64,000 nucleotides of DNA from IMG/VR virus record IMGVR_UViG_3300029448_008324, positions 1 through 64,000 of that record, one strand, 5' to 3'. The stretch comes from a virus. A program made the translations under genes and the position numbers. Below, piece by piece: positions 28,565-39,900 of this stretch. Positions within the stretch are counted from its first letter, which is position 1. Each line of letters starts with the position of its first letter. The notes beneath the pieces were generated by a model. The model did not search any database and was not told where the DNA came from. It was given only the letters and a program-made list of their open reading frames with translations.

Positions 28565-31354
28565 ATGCCAACAACAGTCCAATTTAGAAGAGGAACAACT
28601 GCTCAAAACAATGCTTTTACTGGTTCAAACGGTGAGATATCTGTTGATACAGATGACGGCAGACTTGTTGTTCACGACGCCAGCACAGCAGGTGGAACAA
28701 GACAAGCACTTGCAAGTGAAACCATATTCAGAGTAATAGCAGACGATTCCACAGGAATATATCTACAAGGTGGCACTGATGAACTTAGAATATCAGGCGG
28801 CAATGGTATATCCACATCAACAGACTCCGGTGGTTCATTAACAGTTTCATTAGATTCAACAGATTCAGCAACATTTAACGGTGGTGTCATTATTGACAAC
28901 ATCACCATAGACGGCACAGAAATTGACCTGTCATCAGGCGACCTAACAGTTGACGTGGCAGGCGACATCATACTTGATGCCGGTGGTGACGAAATCATTT
29001 TCAAAGACGGTAGCGCCAATATTGGTCATGTGTCCCTAGACAGTGACAATTTAACAATTAAATCATTAGTGTCAGACAAAGATATTATATTTCAAGGTAA
29101 TGATGATGGAGCAGGCATAACTGCATTGACATTAGATATGTCAGCGGCAGGAGCTGCGGCATTCAATTCAACAGTGACAGCAACAGGATTCATTATTGGT
29201 TCAGCAGACATCAATGAAACTGACTTAGAAAAGATTGATGGCATCACAAACGGAGCCGGTGCGGCAAACAAAGCGTTGGTGCTTGATAGCTCTGCAAACG
29301 TGGCATCAGGTTTAGCTGCCTTGACAGCATCAGGTGTTGTTACAGCGGCAGGATTTACTATTGGATCAGCAGTGATTAATGAAGCTGATTTAGAAAAAAT
29401 TGACGGGATCACCGATGGCGCTGGAGCTGCCAATAAAGCAGTGGTGTTAGATGGAGATGCTGATGTGGCATCTGGACTTAGAAACCTAACAGCAAGTGGA
29501 ACATTAACATCAGCGGCTGTGGTTACAGAAACTATTTCATCTGCAGATTCAACTAGTGTATTTTTTAATGATGGTATTACATTATCAGGACCAATCAAAT
29601 CAGATGCTTCTGCGACAATCAACATTGATGATGCACTTGATGTTGAAGGTGCAATTACATCAGGAGGTGTTGTAACTGCCACAGGATTTACAATCGGTTC
29701 AGCAGTGATAAATGAAACTGATTTAGAAAAACTTGATGGCATCACAAATGGAGCAGGAGCTGCCAACAAAGCATTAGTGCTTGATGGCTCAGCCGATGTT
29801 GCATCAGGCCTAGCTGCCTTGACAGCATCAGGAGTCATTACTGCCGCTGGATTTACCATTGGCTCTGCGGCAATCAATGAAGCAGAATTAGAAACTATAG
29901 ACGGTGTAACAGCAGGCACGGTGGCAGCCTCCAAGGCAGTGGTAGTTGATTCAGACAAAGATATTGCTTCATTTAGAAACCTTACTGCCACAGGCACAAT
30001 CACCACAGCAGACATAGCTGCAACAGGTAACATTCAAATTGACGGCAATTTGACAGTGTCAGGCACAACCGTTTCCGTCAACACAACAAATTTAGAAATT
30101 CAAGATGCACTGTTAGAACTAAGCAAAAACAATTCAGGTGGTGCAGATGTTGATGCTGGTATTTTCATTCAAAGAGGATCAGCTGGCAACAATGCGGTGT
30201 TCTATTGGAACGAAGGCGATGACAAGTTCAAAGCAGTGCTTTCAAACTCAGTAGCCACAGCCACAGCAGTCACAGACTCGTCAACCGCAACCATAGTGGC
30301 AACCTTCGAGGGAGACTTGACAGGCACTACTGTGACATGTAATGAGATAGTTTCAAGTGATTCATCTTTTGTTAACATTAATGACGGATTAAATGTAGAC
30401 GGCAACATTCAAACAACATCAGGCGACATCACAGCAGGCGGATCATTCATAATTGGCTCAGCTGATATGAATGAAACTGATCTAGAAAAACTTGATGGAA
30501 TCACCAACGGAACTGCGGCAGCTAATAAAGCAGTTGTGTTAGATGGTTCTAAAAATATTGGCACATTAGGTGCAGTGACTGCCACATCAATTGTATTAGG
30601 AAGTGCAGACATCAATGAAGCTGACCTAGAACAAATTGACGGATTAACAGCAGGCACAGTTACAGCTTCAAAAGCAGTGGTAGTCGATTCAGACAAAGAT
30701 GCCGGCGACTTTAGAAACGTAACACTTTCTGGCACTTTACATTGCACAACACTTGATGTGAGAGAAATCGAATCAACAGACAGTTCAGTCATCACTGTTA
30801 ACGAAGGCCTAGAAGTATTAGGCACACTGCAAGTAAATGAAATTGTTGCCAGTGATTCTTCCGAAGTTGTGATCAATAACTTGAGAACACAGGTGATCAC
30901 AGCAAACGATTCAACAGAAATATTGGTTAATGATGCGATGCGTGTGTCAGGACTTATTACAGGAACTGCAACACAGGCACAATACGCTGACTTAGCTGAG
31001 ATATTTCCAACAGACGATCTAGGCCTTGAGCCTGGCGATGTGGTCAAGTTTAGCGGTGAAAACAAAATTGCCAAAAGTGATCAAGAAGCACAGACATCAG
31101 TGGCAGGCGTTGTATCCACTGAACCAGGCTTCCTACTAAATGAAGGCGGCACTGGCGTAAAACTTGCTATGACAGGGCGTGTGCCATGTAAGATTCAAGG
31201 CATAATCGAAGCTGGAGATTTATTAGTGTCAGCAGGCAATGGCAGAGCAAAAGCACAATCAAATCCTGCTGTAGGCACTGTGATTGGTAAAGCAATTGAA
31301 TCACACAACAGCACAGATGATGGTGTAATCAACATTATGATTACATTGATGTAA
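28565..31354 (+). CDS. Tail fibre protein with Mtd-N-like N-terminus and YADLAE-type C-terminal domain
   Basis: MPTTVQFRRGTTAQNNAFTG..GEISVDT; repeated IGSAxINExxLExxDG units; C-terminal YADLAE...GRVPCK...IGKA. Confidence 0.8.
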   Translation: MPTTVQFRRGTTAQNNAFTGSNGEISVDTDDGRLVVHDASTAGGTRQALASETIFRVIADDSTGIYLQGGTDELRISGGNGISTSTDSGGSLTVSLDSTDSATFNGGVIIDNITIDGTEIDLSSGDLTVDVAGDIILDAGGDEIIFKDGSANIGHVSLDSDNLTIKSLVSDKDIIFQGNDDGAGITALTLDMSAAGAAAFNSTVTATGFIIGSADINETDLEKIDGITNGAGAANKALVLDSSANVASGLAALTASGVVTAAGFTIGSAVINEADLEKIDGITDGAGAANKAVVLDGDADVASGLRNLTASGTLTSAAVVTETISSADSTSVFFNDGITLSGPIKSDASATINIDDALDVEGAITSGGVVTATGFTIGSAVINETDLEKLDGITNGAGAANKALVLDGSADVASGLAALTASGVITAAGFTIGSAAINEAELETIDGVTAGTVAASKAVVVDSDKDIASFRNLTATGTITTADIAATGNIQIDGNLTVSGTTVSVNTTNLEIQDALLELSKNNSGGADVDAGIFIQRGSAGNNAVFYWNEGDDKFKAVLSNSVATATAVTDSSTATIVATFEGDLTGTTVTCNEIVSSDSSFVNINDGLNVDGNIQTTSGDITAGGSFIIGSADMNETDLEKLDGITNGTAAANKAVVLDGSKNIGTLGAVTATSIVLGSADINEADLEQIDGLTAGTVTASKAVVVDSDKDAGDFRNVTLSGTLHCTTLDVREIESTDSSVITVNEGLEVLGTLQVNEIVASDSSEVVINNLRTQVITANDSTEILVNDAMRVSGLITGTATQAQYADLAEIFPTDDLGLEPGDVVKFSGENKIAKSDQEAQTSVAGVVSTEPGFLLNEGGTGVKLAMTGRVPCKIQGIIEAGDLLVSAGNGRAKAQSNPAVGTVIGKAIESHNSTDDGVINIMITLM

Positions 31355-31777
31355 TCATACAATTAAATCTAAAATAGTTTGAAGTTTTGTTTTTATTGTT
31401 TTATTCTGTAGAGTTTTTCTCACTCCATCATGCAAAGGCATTGGCCAAGAATTAATTGACACCCAAGCATAACCTGAGTGTTCAGCATTTAATCTGGGCA
31501 AAAATTCCTGTTCTACTACACACACAAACGTATGAAACTTGAAGCGTGTGTCTTTGCTCACAAAAAGTTCTAAAGGTATTGTTTTTTGTATGGTTGGCTG
31601 AAATCCAATTTCTTCGACAATCTCTCTTTGCAATCCTTGCCATGGAGTTTCTGTTGCTACTGACTTGCCACCCACCATGCCCCAAGTGCCTTTTTGTTTG
31701 GCAGAACGATTGAGGAATAAAAATCGCTTGGTTGACTTGGCATAGAACAAACAGCCGCTGGCAGTGATTTGACTCAT
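31355..31777 (-). CDS. Nudix hydrolase
   Basis: GG.....ETP..GL.REI.EEIG Nudix box; EH..YAW. Confidence 0.88.
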   Translation of the reverse strand: MSQITASGCLFYAKSTKRFLFLNRSAKQKGTWGMVGGKSVATETPWQGLQREIVEEIGFQPTIQKTIPLELFVSKDTRFKFHTFVCVVEQEFLPRLNAEHSGYAWVSINSWPMPLHDGVRKTLQNKTIKTKLQTILDLIV

Positions 31778-31795
31778 TGTATATTATTTTATACT

Positions 31796-33310
31796 CTAAA
31801 ATTTAATAGACCAAGTGCCTGGCGCATAAAAACCTTCGTATGATTTCACCCAAAATCCTTGATCAGGTAACCACTTGAATTGAATACCAGTGGTTTCATT
31901 TGTGACATATTGTGTTTCTAGATAGGATGATGAATCAGAAAACAAAGTGTTTTCGTCTGCATCAAATCGTCTCACCCAATTGCCTGATGCATCTTTTTCA
32001 ATGATGTCATTGGCTGAAGCAATTGTGGTGCCCCAGGCTTCTGCATAGTTGGGCACAGTGTCTGCTGACGGATTGCCATCATCGTCTGATGCTCTGGTAT
32101 CAGTTTCAGATGCAGTCTTGCCATCTGTGTTTTTCTTATTGCCAATATCTTCTGTGATGAGATATCTAGTGCCAACAGGCGCTCCATCTGGATTAAATGT
32201 GAGTGGATTAATCACAGCATCAACAGAGTTCAAGGTGTTGGTTGGAATTGAATCTTGATCAACATCCAGCAGTAGACTGAATTGATCCTGCGGATCAATA
32301 CTCACGGTGCCTGTGACATTTACAATTATGTCATCACCATTTACATCAGTGGTAGACTGTTGCAACTTGATGGTTGATAATCCATTTGTGATTGATTTGC
32401 TGTACAATGCCTCAAATCTGTGCCAATTGATTTTGTTACCAAACTGACTTTGTGATTGGAACACACGGTTTTCTCTGTTGTTAGCGTGTGTGGAATTACC
32501 CGCACGTTGTTCACCCAACAACGATATCCTATTGCCTAACACCAGTACCGCATAGTTGCCAGGCGTTACAGTTTGACGTGACAGCAAGTCAGTGCCTAGT
32601 ATGCCGTCCACATCAACTTTGCCCGCATCTTCATCATATATGCTCATGACAATTTTTTCAATGACACCAAGTTTTTTAAGTTTAGCAGGCGGTGAAATAA
32701 AGATTGGTGTTCTGAATGTGAGAGTGGCGACATCAATATCGTCAGCTACTCCTTGTGGAATTGCTCGTGATGTAAAGTTTACATTTGTGAGTTCAACAAA
32801 TGACAGTGAAGTCCAATCAAGATAGTTGTCTGTGGTTTGTAGTTCCAGTGCTGGATTGAACAGCACAAGGATTTGCTCTAGCATCTGTAATTTTTGATCT
32901 GTGTTGGTGCTGAAAATGTCTGCGTTAAACGTCAACTCAAAAGGTGTAGGCATGATTCTTTCAATGGTGTGTGATTGACCTGGTGCACCTGTATAAGCAT
33001 TTGCCGTTGGATCAAACTCTCTTTCACGTATGTGCTTTTTGTCTACGTGATAAGGATTGTACATCCTGTCTCTGTCATAACTCAAGTTGGTTATGTAGCA
33101 TGATATTTGAGGCGCAGTGATCAATGTGTTTTCTGATCCTTTCTTGAGAATTTGTGCCACCTGTCTTGACATGTCTCCATACTTGACTGGCACTTGCAGT
33201 GTTTCTGATTCGCCTTTGGAATTTTTACCTGTGATGTAAGAAAAGTTTGACATCATACGAATAAACTGTAGAATGTATCTTCTTATTTGGGCGTCATAAA
33301 AATGTTCCAT
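31796..33310 (-). CDS. gp15: Tail completion/sheath stabilizer protein (gp15-like)
   Basis: FYDAQIRRY, VPVKYG, P.PFEL and QMLEQILVLFNP motifs. Confidence 0.75.
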   Translation of the reverse strand: MEHFYDAQIRRYILQFIRMMSNFSYITGKNSKGESETLQVPVKYGDMSRQVAQILKKGSENTLITAPQISCYITNLSYDRDRMYNPYHVDKKHIREREFDPTANAYTGAPGQSHTIERIMPTPFELTFNADIFSTNTDQKLQMLEQILVLFNPALELQTTDNYLDWTSLSFVELTNVNFTSRAIPQGVADDIDVATLTFRTPIFISPPAKLKKLGVIEKIVMSIYDEDAGKVDVDGILGTDLLSRQTVTPGNYAVLVLGNRISLLGEQRAGNSTHANNRENRVFQSQSQFGNKINWHRFEALYSKSITNGLSTIKLQQSTTDVNGDDIIVNVTGTVSIDPQDQFSLLLDVDQDSIPTNTLNSVDAVINPLTFNPDGAPVGTRYLITEDIGNKKNTDGKTASETDTRASDDDGNPSADTVPNYAEAWGTTIASANDIIEKDASGNWVRRFDADENTLFSDSSSYLETQYVTNETTGIQFKWLPDQGFWVKSYEGFYAPGTWSIKF

Positions 33311-33311
33311 T

Positions 33312-34460
33312 CTAATTATCCGCCTTTGGTTTTAGTAGTTTGCTGAGGGAAACTCTTTCAGGTGTGGTGGACGAACCATCTGCTAATGTGGTCTGGGTTG
33401 TGTTGTTGATAAAGCCACTTTTTTGTGTTTCTTTTGTATCTGTGTTTGTCATTGTTTGTCTTACATCATCTTCTATTTTCACAAATCTTCTGCCATCAAA
33501 TCTGAATAACCTGTTTGGCGAATAGTCTGTTCTCAACACAAACATTCCTTCCACAGGATTACGTGGAAATTTGGTTGACGCTGTGAAAGTTTCACCATTG
33601 GCTGGTATGCCATCTCCTGTGAGATATCCTTCGATATAACCATTGGTTTGTGGATTAGCAAAAATTTTATCTACACTTAGGTGACCAGTGTCTGTGTTCA
33701 CATCTGAGTCAACAGTGACCAATGCCACACGTCCATCTTCTTCGGTTGGCATCACATATAATTGTTTGGTATTGTAACCAGACTTTGGTGCATCTTGTTC
33801 TGCTTGATCAACAATTGCTTCGTTGATTTCTAAATCTTTATCTCTAGTCTTTTGATGTGTGTTTTCATCTTTGTCGCCCAGTATGTCTCTAAACTCTTGT
33901 GCATCTGTGATGCCTTTCACTCTCACTCTGTATAAATGTGGCCACCAAGTTTTGGAAAATCCTTCAGCCGCTCTTACCACATCATCCACCACATAGTAGC
34001 GTTTAAGCGTTTCGGTGTCATTGGTATCCAAAGAATAATCATCTACAAGATGAGGTAATTCAATGACATCACCTGCCATAATTTTTCTACCCAGTGCTTC
34101 AACAATATCACGTATGTGAAAAGTCATAAACAGTTGATCATTTTGTAGAAACAATCCGAACTGCGATAAGTCAAAGTCTATGTCTGACACATTGTAGATC
34201 ACACGAGCGTGATAAACATCTGGATCATATTTGCGATCTCTGTTTTCTAGGAACAAAAGATCTTGTATGGCCAACTCATCTTGTGTGTCACCTGTGCGTT
34301 GTGGTTGTGTGATGTCATTTGTGTCGCCTTGTTGATTAGGTGAAACATATTTGTGTATGTAGGCGTCTGTACCGCCCACTTGAAACATCTCGCCCACGTT
34401 GCGATCGATGAAATTAAAATCATTTCCCTTTTCAGGTTTGAATAATGAGAGTCTTGGCAT
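33312..34460 (-). CDS. gp14: Neck protein (gp14-like)
   Basis: DLLFLENRDRKY, LSQFGLF and GDVIELPHL motifs; adjacent to gp13 and gp15. Confidence 0.7.
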   Translation of the reverse strand: MPRLSLFKPEKGNDFNFIDRNVGEMFQVGGTDAYIHKYVSPNQQGDTNDITQPQRTGDTQDELAIQDLLFLENRDRKYDPDVYHARVIYNVSDIDFDLSQFGLFLQNDQLFMTFHIRDIVEALGRKIMAGDVIELPHLVDDYSLDTNDTETLKRYYVVDDVVRAAEGFSKTWWPHLYRVRVKGITDAQEFRDILGDKDENTHQKTRDKDLEINEAIVDQAEQDAPKSGYNTKQLYVMPTEEDGRVALVTVDSDVNTDTGHLSVDKIFANPQTNGYIEGYLTGDGIPANGETFTASTKFPRNPVEGMFVLRTDYSPNRLFRFDGRRFVKIEDDVRQTMTNTDTKETQKSGFINNTTQTTLADGSSTTPERVSLSKLLKPKADN

Positions 34461-34489
34461 TTTACATATTTATGGTGTTAAATACACAC

Positions 34490-35275
34490 ATGCCAGACAC
34501 AGGACTATCTTCTACTACAAATGCTCAAATCAACACCGCCAAACAGGAAATCTTTGATTATGTAAGACTACGACTAGGTGACGGCATGATTGAAGTTGAA
34601 CTTGATCCTGCACACTACGAAATGGCATTCACCACTGCTGTGGACAAGTTCAGACAAAGATCATCCAATTCAGTAGAAGAATCATATGGATTTTTAGAAC
34701 TGCAAAAAGACCAAACTTCATACACTCTGCCAGCAGAAGTGATCAATGTAACCAGAATTTACAGAAGAACTGTGGGAGGTGCTTCATCATCAGAAGGTGG
34801 CACTGCATTTGATCCATTCGAATTGGCCTATACCAACGTGTATCTACTACAGACAGGCAGAATAGGCGGATTGGCCACATATGATATGTTTGCTGGATAT
34901 CAAGAGTTGGTTGCTCGTATGTTTGGAGGATTCATCAACTTCAAGTTTGATCAACCCACCAGACGTTTACAAATATTTAGAAGGCAGAGATCAAAAGAAG
35001 TTGTGCTAATTGAACAGTACAATTATCGTCCTGACTTTATATTACTGAGTGACATCTATGCAAAACCGTGGATTAGAGAATACACATTAGCAATTAGCAA
35101 ATTTACTTTGGGCGAAGCAAGATCAAAATTTCAAACCATTGCAGGTCCACAAGGTGGCACCGGCCTCAATGGTGATGCTCTTAAGAATGAAGGCCTCAAT
35201 GAAATGCAGAAGTTGGAACAAGAAATTGGCAACTATGCAGAAGGCGGCACACCTTTATCTTTTACTATCGGTTAG
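34490..35275 (+). CDS. gp13: Neck protein (gp13-like)
   Basis: LRLG...IEVELD, WIREYTLA..K..LGEARSKF and GG..LNG motifs. Start moved to ATG 34490, 5 nt after TAAATA. Confidence 0.8.
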   Translation: MPDTGLSSTTNAQINTAKQEIFDYVRLRLGDGMIEVELDPAHYEMAFTTAVDKFRQRSSNSVEESYGFLELQKDQTSYTLPAEVINVTRIYRRTVGGASSSEGGTAFDPFELAYTNVYLLQTGRIGGLATYDMFAGYQELVARMFGGFINFKFDQPTRRLQIFRRQRSKEVVLIEQYNYRPDFILLSDIYAKPWIREYTLAISKFTLGEARSKFQTIAGPQGGTGLNGDALKNEGLNEMQKLEQEIGNYAEGGTPLSFTIG

Positions 35276-35278
35276 ATT

Positions 35279-35902
35279 ATGAAAGACATTTTTTTTACCT
35301 GGCAAGGTGGGGAAGGTGGAGATTTTATATTGTCTTGCCTAAATTATTTTGTTACAAAGCAATTGCCAATATTTGATTCTAATACTAGGTGTGAACAACC
35401 ACCTGATATTTTGCACGATGATTGGAAATTTTATAAAAGTCACAAACTATGGCTGGACCACAATTTTGCAAATAGCAGATTGCCCAATGTAGTATTGATA
35501 ACAAACCCTAATCAGCAATACTTTTACAAAAAGAAGATAGTCAAAATGTTTCAGTTTTATGATAATTTTATGACCGGAATATCGGCTCTCGATAAAAAAG
35601 TTTCAAAGTTTTTAAAAGATAAAAATTTTAAACAAGTCTATTTTTATTCATACCAATCATTTCTTGCATCACATCAAACATATATTGAAAAAACCATGCA
35701 CACAATCAAAGATTTACATTATACTGAAATCGAAACAGAAATGAAAACCTTTGAAGACGTTAAAAACACAATTGAGCATATTTTATCATTCCTAAACTTA
35801 GATTATACAATTGACGAAAACTTAACACAAAACATAGAAACATTTTTATACAGGCAACAGAGTTTGATTCCAAGTGAGCATTGGCCACATCTGTCTTATT
35901 GA
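35279..35902 (+). CDS. Hypothetical AT-rich protein (possible sulfotransferase-like fold)
   Basis: N-terminal W.GG.GGDF motif; inserted between gp13 and the dNMP kinase. Confidence 0.45.
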   Translation: MKDIFFTWQGGEGGDFILSCLNYFVTKQLPIFDSNTRCEQPPDILHDDWKFYKSHKLWLDHNFANSRLPNVVLITNPNQQYFYKKKIVKMFQFYDNFMTGISALDKKVSKFLKDKNFKQVYFYSYQSFLASHQTYIEKTMHTIKDLHYTEIETEMKTFEDVKNTIEHILSFLNLDYTIDENLTQNIETFLYRQQSLIPSEHWPHLSY

Positions 35903-35927
35903 CTTTAGATCAGATTATCTGTATAAT
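35899..35927 (+). promoter_or_regulatory. Sigma70-type promoter for dNMP kinase
   Basis: TTGACT-N17-TATAAT, ATG 7 nt downstream. Confidence 0.7.
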
Positions 35928-35934
35928 TGTTTAA

Positions 35935-36531
35935 ATGATCATAGGCATATGTGGACTTATAGGCTCTGGCAAAGGCACAGTGGCTGACTATCTCATAGAT
36001 CAACACTCATTCCAAAAGATATCGTTTGCTGACAAACTTAAAGATGCTGTGGCAGAATTGTTTGATTGGCCTAGACCGATGCTGGAAGGCGTTACTCCAC
36101 AATCACGTGGTTGGCGTGAACGTCCAGATGTGTTTTGGAGCAATGAACTTGGACGTGAAATAACTCCTAGGTATGTGCTACAGGTTTTTGGTACAGAGTG
36201 TATGCGACAGGGATTTTATGATGGCATATGGGTGAGTCTTGTGAAGAAAAAAATACAAGATAATCCAACAATTAATTGGGTGATTCCCGACACAAGATTT
36301 CCAAATGAAGTTGATATGATTAAAACGATCGGAGGCTCGGTGTGGTGTGTCCAACGTGGTGATAATCCACAATGGTTCAACGAATACAAAAATAATAACG
36401 TAGAACCAAAAGATATACATCCATCAGAATGGGCATGGGCACATTCTAACTTTGATCATACCATAGTAAATGACAGCACAGTGGATGATCTACGCAGTGC
36501 GATTGCTGATAAAATTAATAGTCCGCGGTAA
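35935..36531 (+). CDS. Deoxynucleoside monophosphate kinase (T4 gp1-like)
   Basis: IIGICGLIGSGKGT, SFADKLKD, LQVFGTE and DTRFPNE motifs. Confidence 0.9.
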   Translation: MIIGICGLIGSGKGTVADYLIDQHSFQKISFADKLKDAVAELFDWPRPMLEGVTPQSRGWRERPDVFWSNELGREITPRYVLQVFGTECMRQGFYDGIWVSLVKKKIQDNPTINWVIPDTRFPNEVDMIKTIGGSVWCVQRGDNPQWFNEYKNNNVEPKDIHPSEWAWAHSNFDHTIVNDSTVDDLRSAIADKINSPR

Positions 36532-36880
36532 GATCGCCTTGGCGCCAGCCAGACTTTTTGGCATGCATTAACCTGTTACAGTTTGCACACACAGTTTTAA
36601 GATTTGATTGATTGTTGTTGTTCATGTTGGCATCAATGTAATACACATCCAATTGATAAGGATGCAATGCAGTGAAGCCACACATCTCACATGATTTCTT
36701 TTTGTTGTAACCTGCTCGTTGCCATGCTGGTGTTGTAATGGTCGAAGTGTTCGACTTTCTAATACACGAATCACATTTTTTTCTATAATAAACTTTATTG
36801 CCACGTCTGTAATTGTAGGCAGCTGGCTTGCTGTTGCATTCTTGACACAGGGGCCGCTTGTTTCCGTTTCCATTATACAC
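36515..36880 (-). CDS. Zn-finger HNH-like protein
   Basis: RPLCQEC...CDSC...CEMC...NLKTVCANC. GTG start proposed 5 nt after TAAATA; the longer ORF-track extension is antisense to the sheath gene. Confidence 0.7.
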   Translation of the reverse strand: MYNGNGNKRPLCQECNSKPAAYNYRRGNKVYYRKKCDSCIRKSNTSTITTPAWQRAGYNKKKSCEMCGFTALHPYQLDVYYIDANMNNNNQSNLKTVCANCNRLMHAKKSGWRQGDLTADY

Positions 36881-36975
36881 GCATATATTTATGTATACCT
36901 TTTTGGTGCTCTTTAAAATGATTGTAATAATCAGCCCACAAGTGGTAAATATTTCTAACAAGGAGTAACGAACAA

Positions 36976-39900
36976 ATGGCACTAATATCACCAGGAGTAG
37001 AGGTAACCGTAGTAGACGAATCATTTTACGTCCCCGGTATACCTGGAGCAGTCCCACTAGTAGTGGTTGCAACCGAACAAGACAAAACATCAGGAACTGG
37101 CACAGGCACAGCCTCCGGCACCCTGAGCACAAATTCAAATTCAATATTTTTAATTTCGTCACAAAGAGAATTAACACAAACATTTGGTAATCCAAGTTTT
37201 GTGACTGACGCATCAGGCACACCAATTCAGGGATCTGAATTGAATGAATACGGTCTCCAAGCTGCTTACTCCTTCTTGGGCATCGCGAACAGAGCCTTTG
37301 TGATCAGAGCCAATGTAGACACAGCAGAATTATCCGGATCAGCAGGCGCACCTGGTGGTAGACCTAATGACGGATTTTACTGGTGGGATCTTGCTTCATC
37401 ATCTTTTGGAATTAAAGAGTGGAGTGAAGGCACACAATCATTCACAGTGAAAACACCAATCTTCATTACATCAACTGACGATGTGACAGGCAATGCGCCA
37501 AAGGCAACCAAAGGATCAATTGGTGATTATGCTGTGGTGGCAACAAACCCTTTCAATAGATTATACTACAAAACACGTTCAAACACATGGGTGCAGGTTG
37601 GATCAGCTTCATCTGCAACAAAAGATGCTTCATGGTCATCATCACACCCAACAATCAAAGGCACAGCAACTAATCCAACCCTACAAGATGGATCCATTAC
37701 AATTAACGGCAATGATGTTGCAAGCCTTGGCCAAACTGTGACAGATGCGGCGGCAGCTATCAATGCAGCTGGCATCGCAGGCGTGGCAGCCGCGGCAGTG
37801 GACGGAAAACTTGAAATTTATGGTATAGCACAAGCATCAGGTGATGACTCATCCACAGCTGCTGTTGTATCCTCAATCATTATTGCTTCATTAGATGACT
37901 CAACAGTAAACGAACTCACTGCTTTAGGAATCACAGCAGGAAGATACAATGTGCCAAAACTATTCATTGGACAGCACACACAAGACCATGGTTTTAGAAC
38001 AGCTGACACACTATCAAGACCATCAGGATCAGTGTTTATTCAAACAACTTCACCAAACGGTGGTGCAGATATTTCATTAAAAAAATATTCTGACACAGCA
38101 GGACAATTTGAAAGCGTTGATGCTCCAGTTTTTATCACACAAGAACAAGCATTACAACAACTTGACAAATCCGGCGGTGGAAAAAACTTAACCACTAACG
38201 ATGTGTTTGTACAAGTTAACATTGGCGAATCAGAATGGGACGATTCAACACAAGATTCAGGCGAAATCGTAGACTATGTTGCATTCCAAAGAGCAGTTGG
38301 TGTTGGTTCAACCACACAAATTGTTTCAAACAAAATTGCAACCAAGTCAGCTGCTGTAGACAACGGTGACACAATAAGAATGGCAGAAACCATTTTAGAT
38401 CCAGATACAACAGCTAACACAGCTGCAAATAAGTTAAACACCAAAACAGTAACAATTGGTGGCGACGATGCAGATGATTTTGTGGCTGCTATATCAGCTG
38501 CAGGCTTCCAACATATATCTGCAGAATATAATGCAACAACAAAAAGAATCACTGTATCACACGCACTTGGTGGCAACATCTACTTCACAGACACCAGCGG
38601 AACTGCGATGAGTGACTTAGGATTCAATGCAACATTTGCCAACGCATACGGTGGCAACTCTGATCTTACAGCAGAGAAAATTGCAAACCTATACGTTGCA
38701 CCAGCAGGCGACAAAGATGACTTTTCAACATCCGATGATCAAACAGAAGCTAATAGAACTTTTGCTTTCTTGGCATCAAACTGGACACCAGTTGAGAACA
38801 CTCCGGATTCAGGCACAACATACACAGCAATACAAAGTGTAAACGAGCCATCCAAAGATCCAGCAGACAACCAATTATGGTATCACACAACTGTTGACGA
38901 AGTTGATATACTAATACACAACGGAACAACATGGACTGGATATCAGAATGTTTCATCAGACGCTAGAGGATTTAATTTATCATCAACAGATCCAAAAGGT
39001 CCTATCATTTCAGCAAGTGAGCCAACAACACAATCAGATGGCACAGCACTTGTTGATGGAGACATTTGGGTAAGCACAGCAGATCTTGAAGAGTATCCAA
39101 ATTTATACAGATATGATTCATCACAACCAGATGGACAAAATTTTGTTCAAATTGACAACACTGACCAAACATCACAAGATGGTATATTGTTTGCTGATTT
39201 CCGTTTCCATTCAGATGGAACAAAAGATGTTATCAACGAGGAAACATTAATCACAGACTTGTTAACTTCAACATATCTTGACATAGACAAGCCAGATCCA
39301 GCACTGTATCCAAAAGGTATGCTTGGATTTAACTTAAGAAGATCAGGTTATGCTGTGAAGAAGTTTAGAAAAAATTACTTCACAAGAACAAACTTTGCAT
39401 CAACAACTGTGTATGCAACACTGCCAACTGAAAAGGATGCTTGGGTAAATGCATCTGGCTTAAAAACAGATGGTTCACCTTTCATGGGAAGAAAAGCACA
39501 GAGAAACGTTATTGTTGAAGCAATGAAATCAACTGTGGAATCAAGCACAGCACTAAGAGAAGAGCAGAGAGAGTTCAACTTACTTGCATGTCCTGGTTAT
39601 CCAGAACTGATCACAAACTTAGAAACATTGAACGCAGACAGAAAAGAAACTGCATTTGTTATTGGTGATACTCCATTTAGATTAGAACCAAACTCAACAG
39701 CAGTCACAAACTATGCTAACAACACAGCAGGAGCTGCCGACAATGGCGAAGATGGATTGCTTACAACCAACGGATTCACAGGTGTCTATTATCCATCAGG
39801 ATTTACAACAGACCTAGCAGGCGAATCAGTTGTTGTTCCAGCATCACACATGATGTTAAGAACAATTGCATTTAATGACCAAGTGGCATTTCCATGGTTT

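Noticed and set aside
24863-31074. Many long minus-strand ORFs over the fibre genes (similar shadows lie over the sheath, permease and tctA)
   Set aside because: Antisense shadows of biased codon usage, with no start signals or recognisable motifs.
28565-31354. Diversity-generating retroelement suggested by the Mtd-N-like domain
   Set aside because: No reverse transcriptase and no adenine-variable TR/VR pair seen in the window.
36881-37225. N-terminal extension of the 236-aa HNH-like ORF
   Set aside because: Overlaps the sheath gene on the opposite strand. A GTG start at 36880 after TAAATA is more plausible.
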